From assembly GCA_002104905.1 (NCBI GenBank), contig MCFE01000334.1, positions 1-64,000 of the forward strand: a stretch of DNA of 64,000 nt, given 5' to 3'. This DNA comes from Basidiobolus meristosporus CBS 931.73 (taxonomy: Eukaryota > Fungi > Basidiobolomycota). The notes below the pieces were generated by a model. The model was not told where the DNA came from, did no database searches, and saw only the letters and a program-made list of their open reading frames with translations. The translations under genes were made by a program, and so were the position numbers. Shown here piece after piece: positions 1-13,544 of this stretch (within the stretch, counting starts at the first letter, position 1; each line of letters opens with the position of its first letter).

Positions 1-2386
1 GCAAGGCCACAGCAGAAGGACTCAATTTCAGCTTTGACAATTCTAGCTGCAGGATCACTGATCAAAATGATGCCCATATTGCTTTGGGCATCAGAGATCA
101 AAATCTATACAAGTTGACTTATATTCCATCATATCTGGAAGCCAATATAAGTAACTTAAATGAAGAAACACCAATGCTTTGGCACAGGAGATTTGGGCAC
201 ATCAATTTTGATTATTTGCGTAAAATGATCAAAGATCAGCTAATTTCTGGAGTGAAAATTGATCCCCCAGCTAATTTGGAGCACTGTGAAGCCTGCATAT
301 ATGGGAAACAAGCCAGACAACCGTTCAAGAGCTCTGGGTTAATCAAAATTAAGAAAAAATTAGATCTAATTCACTCAGATCTGTGTGGACCTATACAAAA
401 TTTATCCTTAGGCGGGATGAAGTATTTAATCACTTTTATTGATGATTATACAAGATACACATGGGTCTACTTCATGGAGAGAAAGGAAGAAGCTCTGTCT
501 AAGCTCAGGGAGCTTAAAACCTTGGTGGAGAGAGAAACTGGTGAAAAATCAAGAAAATACACTCTGACAATGGTGGAAAAAATAACTCAAACTCATCATC
601 CACTTCTGCAAAATTCATGGGATAAAGCAGGAGACTACTGTACCATACTCCCCACAACAAAATGAAGTAGCAGAGCATGCAAACAGATCAATAATTGATA
701 TGGCAAGATCTATGATCCATGATCAAATATTATATCATGATTTTTGGGCAGCATCAGTTGCCACAACTTATACCTTAAAAATAAGAGTTATAACAGAATA
801 CTTTGTGATTCTAGTCCATTTGAAGCACAGTATGGACAAAGACCAAGTGCAGAACATCTGAGATTATTTGGGTGTACAGCATATGCCAAAAAATGCCCAG
901 AAATCAGTCAAAACTTGAGACAAGAAGTGTAAAATGCATATTTTGGGGCTGCTGCAATGAGAGTAAAGTATACAGACTCTATAATATGAAAGCAAAAAGG
1001 CTGAGCATCTCCAGAGGTGTGTTGTTGGATGTAAATTTAAATTTCTGACAAAAAATGACATCCAATAATGGCAAAAGTATGATCTCAAGTCTACCAATTG
1101 TCAGGATTGAATCACAGCAAAACAATGATGATTTTTTTCACTCCTGAGGGCTCTACAACCATTTTTCAGCCTGAATCAGCGCCCAGGATTATCCCAGAAG
1201 TGATCATTAGAGTGTCAAATATCCAGAGATCCAACCAGACTAGAAATAGCACAAATTAAATATCAATGAGGGTACAAACTTAGTCTATGCCTATTCAGTC
1301 CAAATTGGTGAGCCCCAGACTGTAAAAGAGGCCCCAAATAGCCCTCAGACAAAGTTGTGGAGATCTGCAATGACTGAGGAATATCAGGCCCTGATGGAAA
1401 TTCAAACTTGGGACTTAGTCAAATTACCAATCAACCAAAAATCAATTGGATGTAGATGGGTCTTCAAGAAAAAATACAAGGCTGATGGTACAATTGAAAG
1501 ATACAAAGCAAGACTTGTAGCCAAAGGATACTCTCAAACAAAAGGACTTGCCTATACTGAGACCTTTGCACAGGTAGCCAAGTATAATTCCATCAGATTA
1601 ATATTGGCTATTACAGCCAAACATAAGTTTTTTATTCATCAAATGGATATAAAAACTGCATATTTGAATGGAGAACTTGATGAGGACATGTATATGGACC
1701 AGCCTGATGGGTTTGCTGACCAAGATAACCCCATTTGGTCTGCAAGCTTAAAAAGTCACTATATGGTCTCAAACAATCACCAAAAGCCTGGAATTGCAAG
1801 ATAGATTCTTATTTTGAATCTTTGAGTTTCAAAAGGAGTAATGCTGACTCTAGTATATACTATAAGCCAGATAGAGCAAATCCAGTTCTATTAGTTCTCT
1901 ATGTGGATGATCTTATTATAGCCACCAATAACCTAGAAACATTGGAAGAGACTAAATCCAGCCTATCTAAGGAGTTCAAGATGTCTGATCTAGGAGAACT
2001 TAGTTACTACTTAGAGATTAAGCTCTCCATAGACAGAAGTACCCAGACTATCACCCTAAGCCAGTCCAAGTATACTCAGGATATACTAAAGAAGTACCAA
2101 ATGGAAGACTGTAAACCAACAGCTACCCCAATGGAGACAAACCTTAACTTGGTCAAAATTCCACTAAATCAAGAGAGCTTGGTACCATCTGTAAGCCCTG
2201 TGTATCCTTATTAATAGCCAGTTATCAGCCTGATGTATATCATGCTTAGAAAACACCCAGATATCTCATATTCAGTGGGAGCTGTCAGCCAGCATAATCA
2301 GAACTATGGATCTGATCATATTCTAGCAGTTAAGCAGATTTTTAGATACCTAAAAGGAACTGCTGATATCTGTTTAGATACACCTG
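1..2386 (+). mobile_element. Decayed Ty1/copia pol fragment (GAG-pre-integrase, integrase, RT); 5' part outside the window, cut at 2386 by a DNA transposon end
   Basis: ORF pieces LWHRRFGHINF, CEACIYGKQ, HSDLCGP, FIDDYTRYTWVYF, RYKARLVAKGYSQ, HQMDIKTAYLNG, LKKSLYGLKQSPKAW, LVLYVDDL. Many stops and frameshifts. Clearly homologous to 39850-42220. Confidence 0.93.
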
Positions 2387-4114
2387 CCCTATGAAAGTTA
2401 TTGTGATGATCTTGTTAAAAGGCCAACCCAAGTTCTAAGTCCTGTGGCTAAGAGGTATTAATCCCCTCAGAACAATGTGCAAAAACCATCAAAAAATAAT
2501 TTTACCCCAAATTTCACAAAAAACTTGGTCAAAGTTTTCATCACAACAATACCAAAGTGGTTTTTGATTGGTTCTGTGCCAATTTTCTCACTTTCTGATC
2601 CCAGACACTCTATCACCTCCTAAACTTGTGTACATTGATTGGCTAATGACTCTTTTTCACAATCCTTACTTCCTTACTCAACTGTTTCTCTTACTTTTCA
2701 TGCATACAGATTAATTTATTTCCATTGAAACCTCAATTGCACCTCTCTATGCAAGTCCCTATACCCTACACTAATATTAAGTTCAGCCCCACACTCAACA
2801 AGAACTTGCATTAAAATTCAACACTCAATATGTATTTCTGCTGTAAAGCTATGTTGTCATGACTTTGGTGGAAACCCTACAGCTTTATGCCACTGTTCCT
2901 TCTCTGATTCCCATACATACTAGTCTTCAGCTGGCACTGCAAGGTCTAGCACCTCATCTGCCAGTCTTTACAATAATTCCTTGCAATATTCAAGTGCATT
3001 TTCTTGAGCATTGCTCTTGAAGAAGTGCTGCAACCTCCTGGTTGGCCTATTAATGATCCAAAATTCCACTGAAAGAGTTGTGATAACCTTTTAAGTTCTT
3101 GACATTGTTACCTTGTTTGTCAGTGGGATCTCTACTCCATAAACAATGCAGAACATGGATGTTGTAGTAGACAAATTGCCTTTCTCTGCAAGCTCATCTA
3201 CCTTATTGGAGTGTAGCTCAACTGGCTGCACTTCCAACTCTGGTAAAAACAACTACTTTCTTGCTGGTAATTCTTCTTGGCTATAATGGGATTCAGTCTG
3301 CTCCAGGCTCACAGCATTAATTGGCAAGAACTGCAGTTTTTTTCTTATGCTTCCCTGTCTCTGGCTTGGGTAGACTTTTTTCCCTTTCCCATTTCCTTTA
3401 TCACTCTCAGATCCTTCACTGCTACTTTGACTGAGTGCTTATGTGGTAATGGAAAGTACTGCATTACTAAACATCTCAAAACCAATATTAAACTCATTTC
3501 TCTATTTGCTTTTGCTACTATAACAGACAAATCATAGAGCAAGAAATTCCAACCTTAAGGCACAAAAGCTCAAGACCCTGACTAGCAATCCACCCAAGAA
3601 TGTTACATCATGCTGAACACTAACTAGTCAACACATGTTTCAATTTACAGCTCATTTTAAGCAGTACTCAAGGAGTTATGAACAAAAGAGTCCAATAACC
3701 ATATCTACAAAACCTCTATTGCTAGGATTACTATGGTGACTTCAACTATGTGTAACTTCTGAACCAGATAGGCAAATTATATGAGATTTTCACAGGTGCT
3801 GCACCTATATCCAATCTGCATCACTGCATGATTTTAGCTTTGTGTTAAATGTATTACTTGCATGATTGCAGAAAAACTTTGATCTTTCATAATTTTCACA
3901 TATATGGCTTCCCCAGCTGAAAAATAATCAAGAGCCTCTCTTTCCAGAATCTATACACTACAATTACAAGTTCAAAGGTTATAAGACCTCCCCTGCTTCA
4001 CTTGCACTGTTGGGTATTGTGACTTTGATTGGCATTATATCAATAGAAAGACTGCAAAGCTCAAAAGAATCTAATCTAAGTTCCACAAGATAACTACTAC
4101 TTTTCTGTTGGAAA

Positions 4115-4290
4115 GATCCCCTCTAAGATACCCCTTTACTCTACAGACACCCCTTTAGTCTAAAGACCCCTTTAGAAACCCCATTAAGGAGCACTTTACT
4201 CTAAAGAAGCCCCTTTAGGCACCCCTTTAGTGTAAAGTCCACTTTGGAGACTACTGTAAGAAGCCCATTTACTCTAAAGACACCCCTTGA
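4115..4290. repeat. Degenerate minisatellite (CCCCTTTA[G/C]TCTAAAGA-like units) inside the CMC element
   Basis: Repeated cccctttag / tttactctaaaga units; a shorter homologous patch lies at ~29370-29440. Confidence 0.6.
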
Positions 4291-7200
4291 GGTTGAAACA
4301 GAGTTCAGAGCTTCCACAGAAAGTATCTTCTCAACAAGGAAGGTGACTTCTAGCTAAGAAAGGGTTAAGATAAAAGTAAAAAAGCCTGATATTCCACAGA
4401 GGATGAGAACACTGCTGTAGAAGTGAGATTCACTGCCTATAGTACATTTAGAGCCTGAGATTGAGGATATTAGTGAAAGTTATATCTTCTATTGGTATAG
4501 CAAACTCCCAATAGGCTGTTTCTCTATTAGAATACTGGCAGTTGTTGTATTCTGTTGATTAATCTCTACATTGTTGAACAAAGCCCAAGCTAACAATAAG
4601 ACAGCACAGCACTTCTTGAGTAGGACCACACTTTTTCCTTGATAAATGGTGCCAGGTGAGCCAAATAATCCATCTACTGGTGAATGATGTAATGTTGTGG
4701 CTAGACAAGTGGTGTGTTTCCACTAGTATCAGTAATGGGGGCTTTGAGGATTTACTACCACTTGATGCCAAGACCATCTCAGGATGCAACCTACCATGTA
4801 CATGGTATAAATGGCCTACCATCATGCTGCTGGCAACTAATGACCCATGGACCATCCTGATACCCGCATGTGTAACAGTTGCATGGCATTCACATGAGAA
4901 AATGCCACCATTGTAAGGTGTCCAACTTGTCAGGAATTCACCACCACTGGGGGAAAACATTGTTCACACTCCAGATATATTCCAGTAATACCTCATCTAA
5001 AGAGGCTCATGCAGTCCAACAAATATTGTGAAGCTATAAAGTACTGCACTCAGTGTCAATCAAGCGTAAACACATCCAATGTATTTGATGGCAAATATTA
5101 CAAACAGCTAAGAAGCAAGGGCCACTCTGAAGGAATGTTTGACCATGCCTTTGCTTTGTCACTTGATGGATTCTCATTAAACAAGTACTCTTCCATCAAA
5201 TCCTGCTAGCCACTGATTCCCATCAACGTGAATCTGCCATCTATCTTATGGCTTCAGAGCAGGAATCTGATGGTAGTGATACTGGTATCTGGGCCCAAAT
5301 TAATGTCCAACCTGGATAGCTACCTGTATCCATTACTGGATGAATTTTGTATGCTTTCCAGCAGGATAACATTGAATGGCTGTCATGTCAAGGCACATAT
5401 TGTTATCTGTATTGGAGATACTCCAGCCTTCAGTATAATAGCTGGCTTTTCTGGGCACAATGGACAGGATTGCTGTCAAATGTGTGAGATTCAGGGGACC
5501 AACTGCATAACTCACACACATTATCATTACCCAAACACCAACACTGAGAACATCATTTTTCTGGAGTGATAGCGTACAGAAGTCAGCATGCAATTGTAGA
5601 GAAGATGGAAAGCTATAAGCCATTGACTTGAATATGGAATTAATGGAAACCAGAGATACTTAAGATAGATAGCATCTATTGGAGCCAAAGCTTTCCACTG
5701 GCAGCAATGCATTTGCTTTTCAGCAATATCAATATACTGATGACCAAGTTGTACCTGGCACATTTCAAGCTAAATAAGCCCTTTGAGCTACTGGAGAAAT
5801 TTGAAAGAATTGGCATGATTTTGCACAGTATCAGCTATCCTAAGCACTTCAAACAGGCTCAAATCAATATTCATTTTCATATGTACATGCAACAATACAA
5901 ATGAAAGGACTGGATGAACTGGATAGGTATTTATTCAATTGGCTTTCTGAAGCCATTCCTGCCAAGTGTACATTGGAAGCATCAGGAGTCATATGTGGAC
6001 GTTGTAGGAGTATTTATCTAGAAGCAGATCACCAATGTTAACTTGATGCATCTACAGCCATTGTGCAAGGAGTTTGTGAAGGCATCTGAGCTGCTATACT
6101 ACAAAAATAAAGTTGAACACATAGATCTCTGCTGCTACTGTTTCCATTATCTATTGCATCCTACTTGGTGTGTTTAAAATACTGGACCTTGCTCCACCTT
6201 TTCAGAGTTTCCTATGGAGTGGATGTGTGGGGAGATAGGAAGACAAGTCAAGTTGCAGGTACTACCATATCCCAATCTAATCAAGGATATTACCTTCAAG
6301 TCCATCATGGATGTGATAAGTTGGTGCATGGAGCATAGTCAGGAATAGTTGGAAATACTGAGGACAGATGTGCACATGGAGACACCTATGCCTATATCAT
6401 TAAGAAGCTAAGCAGCCCCAATGTATGGGTAATAAGTGAAGTAATGCAAAGTTGGGTTAGGTGCAACAAGCAACTAGTTTTTACTAGGAAACTACATCAA
6501 ACTATATTGGGTTTCTCCTGGTCATAAGCCAATTTCTACACCATTCAGTATGGATTTTATATAAACAACAGTCAGAGTGCACCTACACAGGAGCCTAGAG
6601 TCCAGCAGGGAGAAGGAGGATATTAGACTTGTTGCATTGGATAGTGCCACACAGTGCCATGAATGCCAAATGATGCCATAGGGTGCCAGAGAGGCCAAGT
6701 GAACCTATACTTAGCCACCAAGTGTGCAACATAGCTCTGCATCTTCATGCAAAGCAGCCCCTGTGTTTCACCTATGATGCAGGGCCAACACACATTGGGT
6801 CAGAACACACAGTTCAAAGCAAACAACCAGTACTTGAAAGTCAGGAAGGAAGTAGCTTAGTTGTTGCTATCATTTGTGATGATCCAAACAACTCATATTT
6901 TTTTCAACCCAAATCAAGCCATTGCAAACCAGTGGTCACTAAATTCTTGGTACAACTAATATGAAGGATGTCTCACATAGATAGAACCTATAAATAAGTA
7001 CACTGCATACTTAAACATCATCTGTAATACCAGTTCAGCTATTTGATCTGTCTTATACCTACCTTGGTTGAGTACTAGCTATGACACCTAGTCCAATTGC
7101 TGAAATCAGGGATTCACTTGCACAATGTGTAAAATGAGATATTTGGTACTTTTGAACCAATCAATCTCTGACATACTGTCCAATTGGAGAGATAGTGCCA

Positions 7201-7995
7201 AATAATAATTGTAAGTCTAGTTCATAGTGTGATAAACACTTATTTCCATAGAGCAATCCTGGCTACTGGTAGCTACAGCATTGCATCTGATTGTACTCAA
7301 CAGCCATGGATTGCAACACACACCCTGGCATGATACATTTAACAAGTCTATTGGCAAAGTACTAACAAGTTTGTTGTGTATATTCAGGAGGTATTCATGG
7401 CAAAAGTGGTGGCAACCAAGCATATGCTTGCAAGATGTATATATTACCAGCAATATAAGGTATTTGGCAGCTTTGCAAGTAGCTCACTAAAGTTGTAAAG
7501 TTGAGGTGATGGAAATGTGTCAATTGCGGCAGGTGTGTGCTTATATAGAGGTTGGTAAGCAGTAGGCCATAGTCTTTTTTGATATGAGCTATATCTGGAG
7601 TACTCAAGGTAGTAGTTGGTGAGCAAATAACAAGGGGTGATTCTACATTGGAACTTATGAAGAGCACAAGGGGAGTTAGGAAAAGAAAAGAAATGTTGCA
7701 TATTGGTATGGTAGCATTGCAGAGAACTACATGTATGCCACTATACTGCCTTTATAATACCAGCAAAGGTTTACAATGTGGCTTTTGAACACCATCAAGT
7801 TTCTTGCAATGTAAAGCAATTAGATGTATAGGCCAGTTAGGTCCACTCAAGTAAATGTAGAGCACATTAAGATCATTAGATTGCCATGCAATTTTTGGCA
7901 AAAGACTGCTTGAATACCATCTAGTCTTTAGCTTCATTTGACTGTAAAATCAGGAAAATGCTGTCACAGTCCCATCATAAAATTGTATAGACCAT

Positions 7996-9064
7996 TGTAG
8001 TGGGGTGACAGTGACACCCACTGACAGATGTGCTCATTCCCTTATTTTCTACTTCCCTATATCTCTACTACACTTATTTTAGTTTTATTCTATTTTTCTT
8101 ACCCAATCAGTACTATCCCATAAGCCAGTTGACTATCACACCTGCTTACCTTATTGCATAAGTTGCCCCTCACTTTATGTAGATTACTAGCTATAAGTGC
8201 TTCTATATTAGGCAAGTACCTGCGCCAGTACCTGTGACACATAATCAACCCATGTCACCATCCCTACCATTTCCATACCATATATGGTATCCCTATGTTA
8301 CACAGGTTTCAGAATACTGATTCTTGATTGGTTGGATGTGCTCTGCCGCTTAAAACCTTCCAGCACCTACTTAGAGCATTCTTGGGTCATTCTGATGTCA
8401 TTAAGATTTCCATTGATATCCAGAACCTTCTGGAATATCATGCTTAGTAATCACTTAGCCAGTGAGAAAAGTATATAAGGAAGGCTATCCCTCAACAATA
8501 AATCATCATCCCTTTTATCAATATACCAACTTGTTGATTAGTGTGATCACTGCTACCTGCTGCCACCTGAACTTCCAACCCCAGACCACAGGACACTCCC
8601 AGGAAACTGCACTGACAGCCAACTGACCTTGGAGGCACTACATGTGAGGAATACTCAGAGTAGGTATCTTTTATTATATTTGATTCTTTCCCAAGTTTGT
8701 TCTTGTACAGGCAAAGATACTTTTCTGTCTTTGTAACTATTGACCACAGCTGCATTCTTATAAAGTCCCTGCTGGTGGAGTTTACAGTTGTTTTGACTTT
8801 AGAAGCTCTAGTACATTGTCATCTCAAAGGATGCTGAACCCAGCTCATACTTTTGTTAAGACGCCAACTAAGTTGGGGATTGTAGCTCAATAGTTTTCCC
8901 TTGACAAGCTTGTGGCTTTATTCCCCTTCACATTAGATTAGAGACAGAGCCCAAGTATTCCTAGCAAGCTTTTGCCAGAGGTTATTGCACCCAGTGAACA
9001 CCCCACACACAAAACACTTGAGAAGTGTTGGACGTATCTCTCCTTGGACCTATACACCACCACA
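7996..9064 (+). mobile_element. Solo LTR (~1.07 kb, family L1070) with 4-bp TSD CCAT; strand is relative to the other family copies
   Basis: TGTAGTGGGG start, ...CACCACCACA end, CCAT on both sides. Homologous to 23211-24280 and, inverted, to 63806-64000. Confidence 0.85.
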
Positions 9065-9374
9065 CCATTAATAAGTCCAAGCTGCTGATATTATGACAGA
9101 TTCATTGTGGAAACCTGATGGCTGATTCTGATTGGATCTACCTGCAATAGCAAATTATACTTCATACAGCAAACAATACAAGATATATGGCAATTTTGCA
9201 AGTATCATACAGAAAAGTAGTAAAGTTGATATGATAGGAGTGTGTCAATTGCAGTTGGTGTGTGCATATATAGAGGTTAGTAGGCAGGAGGGCATAGCTT
9301 TTTTTGATTTAAACTATAAGTGGAATACCCAAGCTAATAATATTTAGTCAAATATTGAGTGGTGACTCTGCAGT

Positions 9375-10090
9375 CCCTATGAAAAGTCTCAAACTTGGAA
9401 TTCATTTGATTTTCAGCCAGTATGCAGCTGGTATTCTAACAGTACTTAGCTGCTAATCAGCCGGTGCTTTTTGCTCAAATATTCAGTTGCAATTTTTGAT
9501 GGAAGTAGTGGGCATCTAGTCACCAAATCTGGCATTAATCCTGGTTGGACTAGTCTCCTCTTGGAGAATATATCTGCTAGTCTGCCCAACTGCTAGTACA
9601 TGAAATATTCTGCTGGCCTATATGTAATTTTCTTGTTAGGGAGTGATAATACCAATGGTGCAAGGAAAGATAGAAAAAGAATATACCATTTGGCATATTG
9701 GAATGGCAGCATTATAGGGAGCTAGCTGTAGGCTGCTGTAGTACCATTTACATGCCAAAGTGGCTTCCAATGAGGCTGTCACAACATAGTCAGGTTTCTT
9801 GCCATAAAAGTGGTTGTATGTATTGGCTGCTTAGGACTGTTTAAATAAGCTTAGAGCACACAAAGACTGTTAGAAGCCATGCAGCTCATGTCAAAAAACT
9901 GGTGAAACACTGTCAAGTTCTTATCTTTGCTTTATCAGTAAAATCAACAAGTTGCCACCACAATTCCATCATAAGATTGTATAGAGGGTCAGTAATTACA
10001 AGCTGCTAGAATAATGATAAACTCACTGTAAAATTATAATGGCTATTCAGGACTAGTTCCACATGCAGGACCACATTACTTTCCATATGG
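9375..10090 (+). mobile_element. Short non-autonomous CMC-family derivative
   Basis: Starts CCCTATGAAAAGTCTC, as at 60728. Carries the subterminal block also seen at 27620-27930. Ends in a degenerate TTTCCATATGG. Confidence 0.45.
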
Positions 10091-10712
10091 ATTTGTGTGC
10101 ATTGACTGGCTGTTAGGTCTTTTTCAAACTCCTTACTTCTGATGCTTTCACACTCCATGCATATGGATTTGTTTGTTCACTTAAATCTTCAGATGATATT
10201 CAATCATAGCTTGTACTGATCTATACCAGCCTCAAGACCCATCACTAGCGCTGAGCTCAACTCCTCACTCAAAAAGTAAACCATAAAGTCCCACCATTCC
10301 ATATGCTCCTCTGTCCAAACACCCCATGCCAATGTCTCTGAAAAAACTCTATGGCTGTATGCCATTGTCTGTTCACTGGTTCCCATACACTATGGTCATC
10401 TGCCAGCACTGCAAGGTCTTACATTTCACCTGCCAGTCTTTGCAATAAATCCTTGCAATACTAAAGTGCATTTTTTTCAGCACTGCTCTTGGAGATGCTC
10501 TGCAACCTATTGGTGTCATTGTAATAAACATCCAGCCTCTTAGCATAGATGCCTGGCTTACCAGTGGGAACACTGCAATGTCTACTATAGAGGAGATAAA
10601 AGATGCAATAGAAGAAGAGCCTTTGACTGCAAGCTTCTATACACTAGGGGAGGCTAGCACAGCTGACTGCATTTTGGACACCTGCAAAAACTGTTGTGGG
10701 AATTTGTGCTTC

Positions 10713-11081
10713 TGTTACAAGTCTTGGTATAAGAGTTGTAGAGGAATAGGGAGTTTAGCTAGTATTTCATTCACTAAAACTTGAACTGATCTTTATTGTG
10801 GTTCCAGCAGCTCCTTATATACATTTTGCCAGATCAATGGCTGACTAGTTGTATTTCCTAATGTAGGTTGTGGCTGAGGACTCATTTGATTGCATCATCA
10901 TCACCCAATAAGATCCTACTTAATATATCTATATCTGTCTGATAAGGATCTGCTGATTCATTTGCTGACTAATGCTACCAATTTCATAGATAATACTAAT
11001 ATACTGATAACCTAAACATATAACTAATTGATTTGACTAGAAGCTGATCTACCTTAAACATTCAAGCAGCAGATCATAACA
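10713..11081 (-). repeat. 3' LTR of the gypsy element
   Basis: TGTTACAAGTC...GATCATAACA. About 25 differences from 21903-22270 by hand count, including a CCA/CTG pair that points to an ancestral CCG. Confidence 0.92.
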
Positions 11082-12936
11082 TTCTCCCCTACTAAAGCTG
11101 AGAGAGGTCTCCTGAATCTCTTCTCTTGTGATACCAACATCTTGATGGCTCAGTATTATTAGCAAGTCTTGCAAGCTTGAGTCAGTCTCTATGAACAAAA
11201 TTTTTCCAGATATTCCCTTGTTTATCCACCAGTTGGTAGGTTGCAAATGGACATTCTCTGATGATCCTGAATGGTCCTGTCCATTGTGGCTGAAACTTCT
11301 TCCAAGTGTTGTTTCTTAGCAATACAAAGTTTCCAACTGTCAATGCTTCTGGTGCTATAGTCTTATCAAATCTCTGCTTCATATTTTCTGCACTTTGAGA
11401 TACTTTGGCCTGTGCCTCTTGTTGTCTTTGTTCCAATTGATAGTGTTTACTGGGCTGACTAAGCTCATCATCTAAGGCATCTGTAAGCTTGGGTTGTGTG
11501 AGATCTCCTGGAATCCTTGATTTACATGCATAAACTAAGTAAAATGGTGATTGTTGGGTAGTGTTGTGCACTCTAACTCTGCAGGCAAAAAGTGCTTGAT
11601 CTATATACTCATCCCATCTACTGTCAGCTCCATTTGCATACTTGGTCAGCATTTTTCCAAATCATCCATTAATGTGTTCAGTGACCCCATTAGTTCTGGG
11701 GTGATATGCTGAGGTTTTCAAGTGTTTAATCTGCTGCATTTCTGGGTAAGCCTCTAATGTCTTTGCCATAAAGTTTGCTCCTCTATCAGATAAGATTTCC
11801 ACAGGGCATCCAAACTTCATCAGGATCTCATGGTAAATGAAACTTGCAACTTCTTGTTCACTGGCTATTGCTACAGCTTTAGCAACTGGCCATTTAGTGG
11901 CATGATCATTTGCTACTAGGATCTAATGGTTGCATTTCCTGGTGGTTGGCAGTTTTCCAATAAAGTCAACTCCCCATCTCTCAAATGATCTTACAGGCTC
12001 CAAAGGGAAGAGTTTGGCAATTCTTTGTGGCTGGCCTTGACTGATTTGGCAGTTTTGGCATATTTTCACTATCTTCTCAATATCTTGTTTCATTCTGGCC
12101 CACCATGCTCTGGGTTTCACAAGGCTATAGGTTCCTTCAATCCCAAAATGTCCATATCCATTGTGTAGCTTATGTATTAAATCCAGGTGAGCAACATAAA
12201 GACAATAGGCAATAGGGCTTCCTTCATTTATTTGGTAGAGTGTTTCATCCTGTACAACAAATTTGCTGGCTTCATCCCAGATTATTTACTTCATCTCTTC
12301 ATCCAGCTCATTAGGAATGGCTTGGCCCTCCAAGTATTGTGGTAATAAGCTAGACCAATCTGATTCATGCACCAAGTTGAGTTGAACCACTAGTTCTAGT
12401 CTTCATAAAGCATCAGCAACCGTGTTACTATTCCCAGGGCAGTAGACAATCTCCAAGTCAAATTGCTGAATGTATTCACTCCATCTTGTCATTCTTCTGG
12501 ATAGAACCTTCTGAGCAAATATATAGTTCAGTGAGGCATGATCAGTCTTTACTGTACATTTGACTCCTTCAATATAGCATCTCCAGGTCTTCAGGCAGTG
12601 TATTATAGCAAGCATCTCCTACTCATGCACAGGATAGTTTTGTTCTGCTGAGTTCAGTTTCTTGGACTCAAAGGCAACTGGATAGTCCTTTCCCTTGTGT
12701 TCTTGGTTTAGTACTCCACCAATTGCATAATCTGAAGCATCTGTGCACCGGGTAAACTCTTTTCTGAAGTCAGGTACTCATAAGCCTGGCAGCTTAGCAA
12801 GTTCATTCTTGAGCATCTGAAATGCAGTCTCACAAGCAATGTCCCACTTGAAGGTGTTGTCTTTCTTGAGGATATCAGTTAAAGGGGCTGCAATGCTTGC
12901 AAAGGACTTGACAAATCTCCAATAATAGGAAACCAG
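11082..12936 (-). pseudogene. Gypsy pol 3' half: end of RT/connection, RNase H, integrase (HHCC, core, GPF motif); stops and frameshifts
   Basis: LVSYYWRFVKSFASIAAPLTDILKK; LAIIHCLKTWRCYIEG..TDHASL; WARMKQDIEKIVKICQNCQ; FERWGVDFIG; KFQPQWTGPFRII. Confidence 0.92.
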
Positions 12937-13463
12937 TGGTAATAGTGTGTAAAGAGCCGTATAATAGTGCGTGTAATGTGACGGGGGTAGAGTATGCGTC
13001 AGGGATAGGGTTAATGCCGTTGTTGGAGTGTAGGAAGAATCCAATGGAGGCAATATTAATGGCAAAGAAAGTAGGGTTAGAGTATGAGGTAAATATGCCA
13101 GAGCCAAAAGAGATGTTAAGACAATGGGTATCACAGGGGGTGTTTATGATAAACGTAGGATTTATGGTGGGGGTGAATTGTGATAAATTTTTGGCAAATC
13201 ATAGAATATTGTGGGAAGAGTTTACGAGGGAGCTGTTAAAGTATATATATGTGAAGAGGGGAGGGAGAATAGTAACAATATTAATAGGGATGGATGCAAT
13301 AAATTTAGCAGATTGCGTAGGGTCAAAGTATTTGACAAAAGTGGGGAAGATAGGGGATATGAATGGGTTGGATAAAAAGTTTGAGGAGGAGAATATATTT
13401 ATAAGGGTGAATGAGATGTTGATATATGAGATGGAGACAATGCCGATAGTGTGGTATCCATAA
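12936..13463 (+). CDS. Uracil-DNA glycosylase family-1-like protein, 5'-truncated at the junction, with altered catalytic motifs
   Basis: VVIVCKEPY ~ VVILGQDPY; LRQWVSQGVFMIN ~ L..WA.QGVLLLN; WEEFTRELL ~ WE.FTDAVI; ILIGMDA ~ FLLWG..A; F..VNEML....PIVW ~ the C-terminal PIDW motif. No HPSP motif. Confidence 0.8.
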   Translation: MVIVCKEPYNSACNVTGVEYASGIGLMPLLECRKNPMEAILMAKKVGLEYEVNMPEPKEMLRQWVSQGVFMINVGFMVGVNCDKFLANHRILWEEFTRELLKYIYVKRGGRIVTILIGMDAINLADCVGSKYLTKVGKIGDMNGLDKKFEEENIFIRVNEMLIYEMETMPIVWYP

Positions 13464-13544
13464 ATGGGGAATGGTTGAAGAAGGTAAGAAGTTATTTTTT
13501 AAAAGGTGTGGGCATGGAAGACAGAAGTATTTTAGGCGTTGAAG

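Larger units (their letters stand above)
2387..9170 (+). mobile_element. CMC/EnSpm (CACTA-like) DNA transposon copy 1, decayed; transposase relic ~4650-6330; right end approximate
   Basis: Starts CCCTATGAAAG, fitting the CMCWR terminal consensus. Transposase_21-like motifs HAFALSLDGFS, SC*PLI.NLP and SGPK...LDSYLYPLLDEF. Colinear with the copies at 22.3-28.0 kb and 28.0-33.9 kb. Confidence 0.75.

Noticed and set aside
12778-13134. 118-aa minus-strand ORF as a real fusion gene
   Set aside because: It is the antisense shadow of the purine-rich UDG gene running into the gypsy pol frame across the junction.
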